NCBI GenBank assembly: GCA_038230375.1
Contig: JBBRNJ010000004.1
Coordinates: forward strand, 1 to 64,000
Source of the DNA: Polyangiales bacterium
GTDB lineage: Bacteria > Myxococcota_A > Polyangia > Polyangiales > Polyangiaceae
DNA: 64,000 nt
Reading direction: 5' to 3'
Shown here: positions 19,281 through 27,912 of the stretch, piece by piece
Layout: every line of letters begins with the position of its first letter
Numbering within the stretch: position 1 is the stretch's first letter
Made by a program: the position numbers and the translations under genes
Notes under the pieces: model-generated
What the model was told of the DNA's origin: nothing
The model's input: the letters and a program-made list of their open reading frames with translations, nothing else
Database searches by the model: none

Positions 19281-19969
19281 CGGAGCCAGTGATCCTTCTC
19301 TGCGAGGACGAGAAGCAGATGCGACGATTCGTGCATCTTGCACTCTCTGCGCAGGGGTATCGCGTTGTCGACGCGGAGAACGGGGCCGAGGCGCTGCAGC
19401 AAGCGGCCGCGCACGTGCCGGATCTGGTGCTGCTCGACCTGGGGCTTCCGGACATGGACGGCCTCCAGGTGGTCACGCGTCTGCGGGAGTGGTTCACGGG
19501 CCCCATCATCATCGTCACCGCGCGCGATCAGGAGTCCGAGAAGGTGAAGGTGCTCGACGGCGGCGCGGACGACTACATCACGAAGCCGTTCGGAGCAGAG
19601 GAGCTCTCCGCACGCATCCGGGTCGCGCTCCGCCGCACCGCGCGCTCACCCACCGACCCGAAGAGCGCGATCATGACGGTGGGCAACGTCAAGCTCGACT
19701 TCGGGAGGCGCCTGGTCTTCGTGAACGAAGCCGAGGTCCACGTCACACCGATCGAATACAAGCTCCTCACTGTCCTGATGAAGCATGTGGACAAGGTGCT
19801 CACCCACAAGCAACTCCTGGATCAGGTCTGGGGCCCAGGGCACGCCCATCAGATGCAGTATCTCCGCGTCTACATGACCCAGCTGCGGCGAAAGCTGGAG
19901 GAGAACCCCGCGCGCCCGAAGCACCTGGTGACGGAGCCGGGCGTGGGCTACCGCCTGCGCAGCGAGTAG
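19277..19969 (+). CDS. kdpE: Response regulator KdpE
   Basis: LLDLGLPDMDG, GADDYITKPF, YLRVYMTQLRRKLE, TEPGVGYR. ATGA overlap with kdpD. Confidence 0.95.
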   Translation: MTEPVILLCEDEKQMRRFVHLALSAQGYRVVDAENGAEALQQAAAHVPDLVLLDLGLPDMDGLQVVTRLREWFTGPIIIVTARDQESEKVKVLDGGADDYITKPFGAEELSARIRVALRRTARSPTDPKSAIMTVGNVKLDFGRRLVFVNEAEVHVTPIEYKLLTVLMKHVDKVLTHKQLLDQVWGPGHAHQMQYLRVYMTQLRRKLEENPARPKHLVTEPGVGYRLRSE

Positions 19970-19970
19970 C

Positions 19971-20480
19971 TCACTCCGCGCCGCGAGAGGCGCGTGCCTC
20001 GCTCAGCCACTGCTCCCAGGCCGAAAAGTCTCCGCCCAATCGCTTCGCAAGCTCGTCACGAGCGGCATCCGGCAACCGCACGAATGTCCCCTCCGCCTCT
20101 GCGAGCAGCTCGCCCGTCTCCTTGTTGACGAGCGTCCCCTTCATCTCCATGAGCCGCCGCGCATCGCGCACGAGCTCCCCGGTCGCGAGCAGCACCTTGT
20201 CGAGCGGCGCGGGCCGCACGAACCGTACGGACAGCTTCGCGGTCTGCACCCAGCGATCGTGCAAGAACGCAACGCGGCCGATGGTCTCGTCGAGGACGGC
20301 CGTCACGATGCCGCCGTGGAGGACGCCTGGCCATCCCTGTTGCCACTCGCGCGGGTTGAGCTCGCTGTAGATGCGCTCGCCGTCGTCCGTGAACTCCACG
20401 CCCAGGCCATGCGGGTTCTCCGTGCCGCACACGAAGCAAAGCGCGGAGCCAGGTTGCCTTCGACGTTCCCGGAGCTTCAT
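19971..20480 (-). CDS. PaaI-family thioesterase
   Basis: CFVCGTENPHGL and QGWPGVLHGGIVTAVLDE hotdog-fold motifs. Start moved to MKLRERR. Confidence 0.9.
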   Translation of the reverse strand: MKLRERRRQPGSALCFVCGTENPHGLGVEFTDDGERIYSELNPREWQQGWPGVLHGGIVTAVLDETIGRVAFLHDRWVQTAKLSVRFVRPAPLDKVLLATGELVRDARRLMEMKGTLVNKETGELLAEAEGTFVRLPDAARDELAKRLGGDFSAWEQWLSEARASRGAE

Positions 20481-20547
20481 TTCCCGCGTGTTCTTACCCC
20501 AAATCCGGGTGCACGGCGACGCGAGCTTCGCGTAGCATCGGTGAACC

Positions 20548-21531
20548 ATGTCCACCATGAAGATCGCTCCCGGCAACGTGGTCCGCATCGAGTACGAGAT
20601 CCGCATCAAGGGAGGCGACGTGATCGAGTCGTCCGCGAAGGCGGGCCCGCTGACGTACACCCACGGCGACGGCACGCTGCTCCCCGCGCTCGAGAAGCGG
20701 CTGGATGGCTTGAAGGCCGGCGAGAAGCTCGAGGGCGAGATCCCGTCGAGCGAGGTCATCCCACCGGAGGACACGCTGCCCATCCGCGAGATCCCGCGGC
20801 GTGAGTTCCCGGGCAAGGCGGACGTGAAGGTCGGCTCCATGTTCGAAGCGCAGACCGCGACGGGCGGCACGATCAACCTGCGCATCATCGAGGTCGACGA
20901 CGAGGTCATCAAGGCCCGCTTGCTGCCGCCGCTCGCAGGCAAGGATCTGGAGTTCAAGGTGCGCGTGATGCGCATCGAGGATCCGGTGAATCACCTCGTG
21001 TCCGTCGTCACGAAGCCGCCGCCGCCGCTGCCTGCGCGCGCGGTGAAGATCGAGCTCGAGGTGGATCCGGATCCGGACTCCGAGGCGAAGCTCGAAGCGG
21101 TGCCGGTGCGCAAGTCGGAGGCGAAGGTCGAAACGGCTTCAAAAGCCCCCTCCGCCCTCAAGGTCGAGGTGGCGAAGCCCGTGTCCGAAGCAAAGGTCGA
21201 AGCCGCGAAGCCTGCGTCCGAAGCAAAGATCGAAGCGGCTCCGAAGGCACCTTCCGCCATGAAGGTCGAGGCCGCGAAGCCTGCATCCGAAGCAAAGGTC
21301 GAGGCCGCGAAGCCCGCGTCCGAAGCAAAGGTCGAGGCCGCGAAGCCCGCATCCGAAGCAAAGGTCGAGGCCGCGAAGCCCGCATCCGAAGCAAAGGTCG
21401 AGGCCGCGAAGCCTGCATCCGAAGCAAAGGTCGAGGCCGCGAAGCCCGCATCCGAAGCAAAGGTCGAGGCCGCGAAGCCTGCATCCGAAGCAAAGGTCGA
21501 GGCCGCAAAGCCCGCCGAGAAGGCGGACTGA
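20548..21531 (+). CDS. SlyD-like FKBP protein with a Lys/Glu/Ala repeat tail
   Basis: VVRIEYEI...GDVIESS...PLTYTHGDGTLLPALEKRLDG...PLAGKDLEFKVRV. Confidence 0.85.
   Translation: MSTMKIAPGNVVRIEYEIRIKGGDVIESSAKAGPLTYTHGDGTLLPALEKRLDGLKAGEKLEGEIPSSEVIPPEDTLPIREIPRREFPGKADVKVGSMFEAQTATGGTINLRIIEVDDEVIKARLLPPLAGKDLEFKVRVMRIEDPVNHLVSVVTKPPPPLPARAVKIELEVDPDPDSEAKLEAVPVRKSEAKVETASKAPSALKVEVAKPVSEAKVEAAKPASEAKIEAAPKAPSAMKVEAAKPASEAKVEAAKPASEAKVEAAKPASEAKVEAAKPASEAKVEAAKPASEAKVEAAKPASEAKVEAAKPASEAKVEAAKPAEKAD
21262..21516 (+). repeat. 33-bp coding tandem repeat (KVEAAKPASEA) x8
   Basis: AAGGTCGAGGCCGCGAAGCCYGCRTCCGAAGCA units, with more degenerate units upstream. Confidence 0.95.
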
Positions 21532-21597
21532 CTTCGACCTCGACCTCGACCTCGACCTCGACCTCGACCTCGACCTGGACCTCAACCCTGGACCTCG
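21531..21597 (+). repeat. Intergenic (ACCTCG)n array between convergent genes
   Basis: About 11 units. Starts on the A of the slyD-like TGA and ends 2 nt from the rtcR stop. Confidence 0.95.
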
Positions 21598-21599
21598 CC

Positions 21600-23204
21600 T
21601 CAGCGCGTCTCCTCGTACGTGAGCTCGAACCGCGCGAGGTACTTCCGTAGGCGGTCAGCGTCGTTCGTCGATGTGCGGGACTTGCGTGACTGTGCGAAGA
21701 GCACGCGGCCCGCCGCGGACAGGCTCCGCTCTCGCGTGCAGACGCGAAGCACCTCCTCCAGCTGCGCGCGATCGAAGAGATCCAGCGCGCGTGCGCGACG
21801 CGCTCCGAGCACGCGGTCCACGCGGCCCTCGCCTGCGCCGCCCGACGCCTCATCACCCGCGCTGAACGCAGCGCGCAGCCGCGCGATCTCTTCCGTGACC
21901 ACCGGCTCCGTGATCCGGCCGCCTGGCGCCAGCGTGGCCATGCGGGTGACGCTCGCGTTGAGATCGCGGAAGTTGCCGGGCCACGTCGCATCCTCGCTCG
22001 TGGCGAACGCAAGGTACGCGGCGCGCGCCTCGCGGCTCATCGTGACCTGCCTGCGAAAGAGGCGCGACGCCTCCTCGAGCTCGAAGTCCAGGTTTGGCGG
22101 CAGATCCTCCTTCCGCTCCGAGAGCGGCGGCAACCGGAAGGTCCATAGGTCGATGCGTGCGAGCAGATCGGGCCTGAATTTTCCCTGCGCGGCGAGCCTC
22201 GGCAGCTCCTTGTTCGTGCCGCACAGGAGCTCGAAGTCGCTCTTCACCTCGCGGTCCTGGCCCATCGGGTAGAAGACCTTCTCCTCGATCGCGCGAAGGA
22301 GCATCGCCTGCTCGTCTGCGCCCAGCTCGCCGATCTCGTCCAGGAACAGCGCGCCGCCATCTGCGCGGCGCAAGAGGCCGTCGCGCGCCGCAAGCGCCCC
22401 GGTGAACGCTCCCTTCGCGTGTCCGAAGAGCGTGCTCATCGCGGCGTCGCCACGGAGCGTGGCGCAGTTCACCTCCACGAACGGTCCGCTCAGGCGACGC
22501 CGCTCCTTCTTCAGTTCGTAGATGCGCTTCGCGAGCTGACTCTTGCCGGAGCCTGTGGGCCCGAGCAGCAAGATGGGCGCGCTGGACGCCGTCGCGACCT
22601 CACCGATGCGCTCGATGGTCCGGTTGTACGTCGTGCTCTTCGTTGCGATGCCGGCCTTCAGGTGGGCCTGCGCGGTCTTTCGCTCCTTCTCGAAGCGCGA
22701 TGCGAGCCGGTCGTAGCGCGAGAGGTCAAGGTCGATCACCTGCGCCGAGCCCGGGTGCCCCTTCCCCGGCCTGCCGCGCGGCGGCGACGTCTGCAGGAGC
22801 TTGCCCGGGAAGTACCGCGCCTCGGTCAGGAGAAAGAGACAGATCTGCGCGACGTGCGTGCCCGTGGAGATGTGGACGAAGTAGTCCTCCTTCTCCGGCT
22901 CGAACGTCATGCGCTGCGCGCAGTCCATCAGCCTGGAGAACACCTCCTCGAAGTCCCACGGGTCCGTGATGCCCAGCTCCGTGCGCACGACCTCCGTCTC
23001 GGGCGACACGGAGCGAAGGTCCGTGATCACCTCGTCTGCCAGCCGCGCGTGGTGGCGCTCCACGAAGAGCACCAGGCGGTCCACGACGAAGTCGTCCTGC
23101 CTGCAGAGATCCACGGTGGGCCGCCAGCGCTCCCAGCGGTTCCTGGCGCTCCCCGCATCCAGCTGGGTGCCCAGGAACCCCAGGACGACCTTTCGCCGCT
23201 TCAT
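21600..23204 (-). CDS. rtcR: Sigma54-dependent RNA-repair activator RtcR
   Basis: GFLGTQLD...RWERWRPTV, DPWDFEEV, HISTGTHVAQIC (RtcR N-terminal domain), GPTGSGKS, GAFTGA, NDADRLRKYL. Confidence 0.97.
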   Translation of the reverse strand: MKRRKVVLGFLGTQLDAGSARNRWERWRPTVDLCRQDDFVVDRLVLFVERHHARLADEVITDLRSVSPETEVVRTELGITDPWDFEEVFSRLMDCAQRMTFEPEKEDYFVHISTGTHVAQICLFLLTEARYFPGKLLQTSPPRGRPGKGHPGSAQVIDLDLSRYDRLASRFEKERKTAQAHLKAGIATKSTTYNRTIERIGEVATASSAPILLLGPTGSGKSQLAKRIYELKKERRRLSGPFVEVNCATLRGDAAMSTLFGHAKGAFTGALAARDGLLRRADGGALFLDEIGELGADEQAMLLRAIEEKVFYPMGQDREVKSDFELLCGTNKELPRLAAQGKFRPDLLARIDLWTFRLPPLSERKEDLPPNLDFELEEASRLFRRQVTMSREARAAYLAFATSEDATWPGNFRDLNASVTRMATLAPGGRITEPVVTEEIARLRAAFSAGDEASGGAGEGRVDRVLGARRARALDLFDRAQLEEVLRVCTRERSLSAAGRVLFAQSRKSRTSTNDADRLRKYLARFELTYEETR

Positions 23205-23217
23205 ATCCTGCAGGATA
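23204..23217. promoter_or_regulatory. Putative RtcR binding palindrome overlapping the rtcR -10 box and start
   Basis: Perfect 14-bp palindrome TATCCTGCAGGATA plus an adjacent TTATCC half-site, about 75 bp upstream of the sigma54 promoter. Confidence 0.65.
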
Positions 23218-23289
23218 CATCTTATCCACCATGCGCGCGCCGGGTTCCGCGATCTGCTTGAATTGCGGGGTTAGCCCGCGACAGCGGCG

Positions 23290-23305
23290 CGGTACGCTGC
23301 GTGCA
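23290..23305 (+). promoter_or_regulatory. Sigma54 (-24/-12) promoter of rtcBA
   Basis: CGGTACG-CTGC-GTGCA with exact GG-N10-GC spacing, 27 nt before the rtcB ATG. Confidence 0.75.
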
Positions 23306-23332
23306 CTTCCTGACGCAAAGGAAGTGAGTGTC

Positions 23333-24538
23333 ATGGTCGAGATCATTCAAACCAACGGTTCCCCCATCAAGGCCTGGGTCTCCGGCGTCCCCTTCGAGCA
23401 GGAGGCGCGCGCGCAGGTCGCTCGTGTCGCGGAGCTTCCGTTCATCTTCCGGCACGTGGCCGTGATGCCGGACGTGCACGCGGGTATCGGCGCGACCATT
23501 GGAAGCGTGGTCGCGACCACGAAGGCCATCGTGCCGGCGGCGGTGGGCGTGGACATCGGGTGCGGGATGATCGCGGCGCGCACGTCGCTGACGGCGTCCG
23601 ATCTTCCGGACGATCTGCGCCCGCTCCGCAACGCGATCGAGCGCGCCGTCCCGCACGGTGGGCCCGGCCTCCGCGGTTCGTGGGGCGACAAGGCGCCGCC
23701 GCATGTGGTCGCGGCATGGGCGGAGCTGCGCCCGGCGTACGCAGAGATCTTCGCGAAGCACCCGAAGGTCGAGCACAACTACGACGTGGAGCACCTGGGT
23801 ACGCTCGGCACGGGTAACCACTTCGTCGAGCTTTGCCTGGAGGAGCGCGATAACTCCGTGTGGATCATGCTGCACTCCGGCTCGCGCGGGGTGGGTAACC
23901 GCATCGGGACCTACTTCATCGAGCGCGCGCGCGAGGAGATGATGCGGCTCGACCGCGCGCTTCCGCACCGCGATCTGGCGTACTTCGAGGAAGGTACGAC
24001 GGGCTTCGGCGACTATGTAGAGGCGGTGTCGTGGGCGCAGTCGTACGCGGCAAAGAACCGCGAGCTGATGATGACGAACGTGGTCACGGCGCTCGCGCGC
24101 TCGAACAAGCTGCCAGCGTTCACGCTGAACCAGCACGCGGTGAACTGTCACCACAACTACATCTCGCGCGAGAACCACTTCGGCGAGGAGGTGTGGGTGA
24201 CGCGCAAGGGTGCCGTGCGCGCGCAGCGAGGGGAGCTCGGGATCATCCCGGGAAGCATGGGCGCGCGATCGTTCATCGTCCGCGGCAAGGGAAACGCGGA
24301 GTCGTTCTCTTCGTGCAGCCACGGAGCGGGGCGCCTCATGTCCCGCACGCAGGCGAAGAAGCAGTTCACGGTCGAGGATCACAAGAAGGCCACCCTTGGC
24401 GTGGAGTGCCGCAAGGACGCCGACGTGATCGACGAGACGCCGATGGCCTACAAGTCCATCGACGCAGTGATGGCAGCGCAGGACGACCTCGTCGAGATCG
24501 TGCATACGCTCCGCCAGGTGGTGTGCGTGAAGGGATGA
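23333..24538 (+). CDS. rtcB: RNA ligase RtcB
   Basis: MPDVHAG, VGVDIGCGM, GTLGTGNHF, LHSGSRG, CHHNY, PGSMG, SCSHGAGR, DETPMAYK. Confidence 0.98.
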   Translation: MVEIIQTNGSPIKAWVSGVPFEQEARAQVARVAELPFIFRHVAVMPDVHAGIGATIGSVVATTKAIVPAAVGVDIGCGMIAARTSLTASDLPDDLRPLRNAIERAVPHGGPGLRGSWGDKAPPHVVAAWAELRPAYAEIFAKHPKVEHNYDVEHLGTLGTGNHFVELCLEERDNSVWIMLHSGSRGVGNRIGTYFIERAREEMMRLDRALPHRDLAYFEEGTTGFGDYVEAVSWAQSYAAKNRELMMTNVVTALARSNKLPAFTLNQHAVNCHHNYISRENHFGEEVWVTRKGAVRAQRGELGIIPGSMGARSFIVRGKGNAESFSSCSHGAGRLMSRTQAKKQFTVEDHKKATLGVECRKDADVIDETPMAYKSIDAVMAAQDDLVEIVHTLRQVVCVKG

Positions 24539-24544
24539 CGGGAG

Positions 24545-25591
24545 ATGAGTGCTGACATGCTCGAGATCGACGGTTCGTATGGCGAGGGAGGGGGGCAGGT
24601 GCTGCGTTCGGCGCTCACCCTCTCCCTCGTCACGGGAACGCCATTCCGCATCACCAAGATCCGCGCGGGCCGCGGTCGTCCGGGCCTCTTGCGGCAGCAC
24701 CTCACATGCGTGAAGGCTTCGTGCCAGATCTCCGGCGCGGACGCAGACGGCGCCGAGCTGGGTAGCCAGACGCTCGCGTTCCGTCCATCGGGCCCCGCGT
24801 CGGCGCGCAGCGGCTCCTACACGTTCGCCGTGGGCTCGGCCGGGAGCACGTCGCTCGTGCTCGCCACCGTGATGCTCCCGCTGCTCCTCGCGAACGGGGA
24901 GAGCGTGGTGCGCCTGGAAGGGGGTACGCACAATCCGCTCGCGCCACCGTACGAGTTCCTGGTCGAGGTGCTCTTCCCGCGCCTCCGCGAGCTTGGATTT
25001 CGCATCGACGCGACGTTCGAGCGCGCGGGGTTCTTTCCGGCTGGCGGCGGGGCGTTCACCGTGACGCTGGGCTCGGGGCCTGCGCTCCTATCGCGCGCGG
25101 CGTCATGGCTCACGCGCGGAGAGCTCACGCTGTCGGGCGCGGTCGTGCACGCGAACGTGGGAGACCGCGTCGGCGGACGAGAGAAGATCGCCCTGGCCGC
25201 GAGCCTCGGCATCGATCGCGACGCGGTCACCATCACGGAAGTCCAGTCGCCCGGTCCGGGCAACGCGGTCATGGCGCGCGCGACCGCGGGCGGGCTCACA
25301 CACGAGCTCGTGACGGCCTTCGGCGAGCGCGGGAAATCATCCGAGGCCGTCGCCGAGGATGCGGCGACACAGATGAAGAAGTACCTCGCGTCCACCGCGC
25401 CCATCGGCGAGCACCTGGCTGATCAGCTGCTCCTTCCGCTCGCGATCGCAAAGGGAGGCACGTTCGTGACCCACGAAAAGAGCATGCATCTTACAACTAA
25501 TGCATGGGTGCTCTCGCGCTTCCTGGGAGACGTGGTGACGTTCACAGACGAAGGCAAGAACACGCGCACGGAAGTGCAACCGCGCTCCTGA
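24545..25591 (+). CDS. rtcA: RNA 3'-terminal phosphate cyclase RtcA
   Basis: IDGSYGEGGGQVLR, PGLLRQHL, GGTHNPLAPP, GFFPAGGG, EHLADQL. Confidence 0.97.
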   Translation: MSADMLEIDGSYGEGGGQVLRSALTLSLVTGTPFRITKIRAGRGRPGLLRQHLTCVKASCQISGADADGAELGSQTLAFRPSGPASARSGSYTFAVGSAGSTSLVLATVMLPLLLANGESVVRLEGGTHNPLAPPYEFLVEVLFPRLRELGFRIDATFERAGFFPAGGGAFTVTLGSGPALLSRAASWLTRGELTLSGAVVHANVGDRVGGREKIALAASLGIDRDAVTITEVQSPGPGNAVMARATAGGLTHELVTAFGERGKSSEAVAEDAATQMKKYLASTAPIGEHLADQLLLPLAIAKGGTFVTHEKSMHLTTNAWVLSRFLGDVVTFTDEGKNTRTEVQPRS

Positions 25592-25601
25592 CCCGCGGCA
25601 G

Positions 25602-27230
25602 CTAGTCGGCGCCGCCGCCGATCTCGAACTCGCGCACGGTCTTCAGCGTCTCCTGCACGGGCTCTTCCAGACGCGACGGTTGCAGTGCTCCCGTCACCTC
25701 GAGGATGACGACCGTCACGTTGTCCACGCCGCCACGTTCGTTCGCGAGCGCGACGAGCGACTCGACCGCACCTTCCAGCTGACCGCCGACCTTCTCTGCG
25801 ATCTCGGGGTCCGTCACGTTGACTGTCAGCCCGTCCGAGCAAAGAAGGACACGGTCACCCTCGCGTAGTGTGAGCGCGCGCTGCGTGACGGACACCTCGT
25901 CCTGCTTGCCCACCGCCTGGAGCACAACGCTCTTCGCCCGCGATTTCTTGGCCGCTTCAGCCGTCATCAGCCCCTGATCGATCAAGACCTGCACATGCGT
26001 CTGATCCTTCGTGAGCTGCGTGAACACGCCGTTCCGGTACAGGTACGCGCGACAGTCGCCGACCTCGGTGACGTACGCGACGGCATCCCGCACGAGGACC
26101 GAGACGACCGCCGCACCCATGCCCGCGCGCTGGGGCTCTGTCGCCGCGTCGATCACTTTCTTGTTCGCGTGCACCACGGACGCCGCGAGTGCTTCGCCCG
26201 GATCCGCGTGAAGGCCGGCGTTCACGTACTCGCGAATCGCGGCAACGGTGAGGGCGCTCGCGACCTCGCCCGCGTTCTCGCCACCCATGCCGTCGGACAC
26301 GGTGATGAGGACGCCCTTTGCTCCAACCTCCATGCTGGATGCCGTGGCGATCTCCGTGTTCTCGGTCAGGTCGACCAGCAGGAAGCAGTCCTCGTTGTTC
26401 TTGCGCACGACGCCCACGTCGGTCATGCCCCACAAGCCAATCTCGACGGTGCCGAGCTGGCCCATCGGCGCGCTCGGGCTCTCGGCCGCGACTGCTGACG
26501 GGGGAGCGGGGGCGGCGGCGGCGGCGGCGGCGGCGGGAGGAGGAGCGGGAGGAGGAGCGGGAGCAACGGCAGCGGCAGGGGCGATCGCGGGCGGCGGCTC
26601 GGAGGGTACGAGCGGCCCGAGTGGCGGAGGGGGACCGGCGTGGACCGGGGCGACCGTCGGGATGCGAAGCGGCGGCGGCGTGGTCGGCGGCGCGCCGCGC
26701 GTGGAGATCGGACCGGGCGAGGCAGAGCGCCCTGCGCCTGCTGCACGCGCGCCTGGCGGAGCCATGCCCGGAACGCGCGTTGATGTTCGGGGGCGCGGTG
26801 CGGCACGCGGGCTCGCGGGCGATTCGTCGGGCGCGGGGCTCGGTTGATCGGCAGGTAGCTTTGGAGCATCCGCGCGTGGCAGTGTCTTGGGCTCCGGCGC
26901 GGGGCTCGGCTGATCGGGTGATGGCTGCGGCGCAATCGCGAGCGGCAACGTCCGCGGCTCCGCGCCCGGCTCCGTCACGTGCGGTCTCTGCTCGGAAGGT
27001 GGAGCGAGCCCAGGCGGTCCGTCGATCACGCCATGCGCGACGAGGCGGCTCACGATATCGGCGACCTGCTCCTCACCAAGGCCGCTGATCGCCGACAGCT
27101 CGCGCAGCGAGAGAGGCCCATCGATGCGCGAAAGGATGTACCCCTCATCCGGGGCGAGGCGAAGATCACGCACGTCAACCGCGCGTGGCTTGATGGCCTT
27201 CAAGTCCCATATTTCCGAGGGCAGACCCAC
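25602..27230 (-). CDS. PP2C-family Ser/Thr phosphatase with an N-terminal wHTH-like domain and Pro-rich linker
   Basis: TDVGVVRKNNED, SDGMGG, VGDCRAY, LTKDQT, LLCSDGL, GGVDNVT. Confidence 0.92.
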   Translation of the reverse strand: MGLPSEIWDLKAIKPRAVDVRDLRLAPDEGYILSRIDGPLSLRELSAISGLGEEQVADIVSRLVAHGVIDGPPGLAPPSEQRPHVTEPGAEPRTLPLAIAPQPSPDQPSPAPEPKTLPRADAPKLPADQPSPAPDESPASPRAAPRPRTSTRVPGMAPPGARAAGAGRSASPGPISTRGAPPTTPPPLRIPTVAPVHAGPPPPLGPLVPSEPPPAIAPAAAVAPAPPPAPPPAAAAAAAAPAPPSAVAAESPSAPMGQLGTVEIGLWGMTDVGVVRKNNEDCFLLVDLTENTEIATASSMEVGAKGVLITVSDGMGGENAGEVASALTVAAIREYVNAGLHADPGEALAASVVHANKKVIDAATEPQRAGMGAAVVSVLVRDAVAYVTEVGDCRAYLYRNGVFTQLTKDQTHVQVLIDQGLMTAEAAKKSRAKSVVLQAVGKQDEVSVTQRALTLREGDRVLLCSDGLTVNVTDPEIAEKVGGQLEGAVESLVALANERGGVDNVTVVILEVTGALQPSRLEEPVQETLKTVREFEIGGGAD

Positions 27231-27290
27231 TAGCTTCTAGACTATCCTGTAAGCCTGCCGGGCGGTAGCCTCTCGATGTGGAGGTGCACA

Positions 27291-27320
27291 TTGACCGGAG
27301 CCCCACGACGCGACTAAGAC
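27291..27320 (+). promoter_or_regulatory. Putative sigma70-type promoter of tRNA-Cys
   Basis: TTGACC-N18-TAAGAC, 37 nt upstream of the tRNA. Confidence 0.45.
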
Positions 27321-27357
27321 GACTCGACCGGTCGGCGGAGTCCGCCATCGGGTGAGT

Positions 27358-27429
27358 GGCGTGGTGGCCAAGTGGTTAGGCAACGGTTTGCAAAACCGTC
27401 ACACGTGGGTTCGAATCCCATCCACGCCT
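27358..27429 (+). tRNA. tRNA-Cys (anticodon GCA)
   Basis: Acceptor stem GGCGTGG/CCACGCC; anticodon arm ACGGT-TTGCAAA-ACCGT; T arm GTGGG-TTCGAAT-CCCAT; U73 discriminator. CCA is not encoded. Confidence 0.97.
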
Positions 27430-27529
27430 CAGGTGTCTATGCTTCCACGTGAACGGGCCCGACCCGCTCCGTTCGTCTGGCGATTCTATCGGCTTGCTCG
27501 GTGTGGGGTGGTGCGCTACGCCGTGTCTC

Positions 27530-27895
27530 ATGCAGCTGTCGCCCGAATGGTCCGAGCTTCTCGCCAAGTACAAGGATGATCACCAGAACCCGATGAACCA
27601 GAAGTGCCATGCTGTTGGCATTCCGCTCATCGCTGCGTCGATCCCGCTTGGACTGACCGTGGTCGGCCTCCCGCTCGCTGCAAGCATGTTCACTGTCGGC
27701 TGGACCTTCCAGTTCGTCGGCCACGTGTTCGAGGGAAAAAAGCCCTCGTTCGTGGAGGACAAGCGCGCCCTGGTCGTGGGTCTCCTGTGGTGGGCGGAGA
27801 AGGCCGGCATCACAACGCTGAAGACGTCCGAGCCGGCATCGAGCAAGCGCGAGGCGCACACCAACGGCACCGCTCACGCGACTCAGGCAAACTGA
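27530..27895 (+). CDS. DUF962 (Mpo1-like) membrane protein
   Basis: YKDDHQNPMNQKCHAVGIP and GWTFQFVGHVFEGKKPSF. Confidence 0.9.
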   Translation: MQLSPEWSELLAKYKDDHQNPMNQKCHAVGIPLIAASIPLGLTVVGLPLAASMFTVGWTFQFVGHVFEGKKPSFVEDKRALVVGLLWWAEKAGITTLKTSEPASSKREAHTNGTAHATQAN

Positions 27896-27912
27896 CGGGG
27901 TACACTGAGCAT

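Noticed and set aside
13917..25591. Functional link between the intron remnant and the RtcB/RtcA RNA ligation system
   Set aside because: They are separated by more than 7 kb of unrelated genes, and group II splicing does not need RtcB.
27358..27500. Genomic island integrated at tRNA-Cys
   Set aside because: No integrase, no duplicated tRNA 3' end seen, and no obvious compositional shift.
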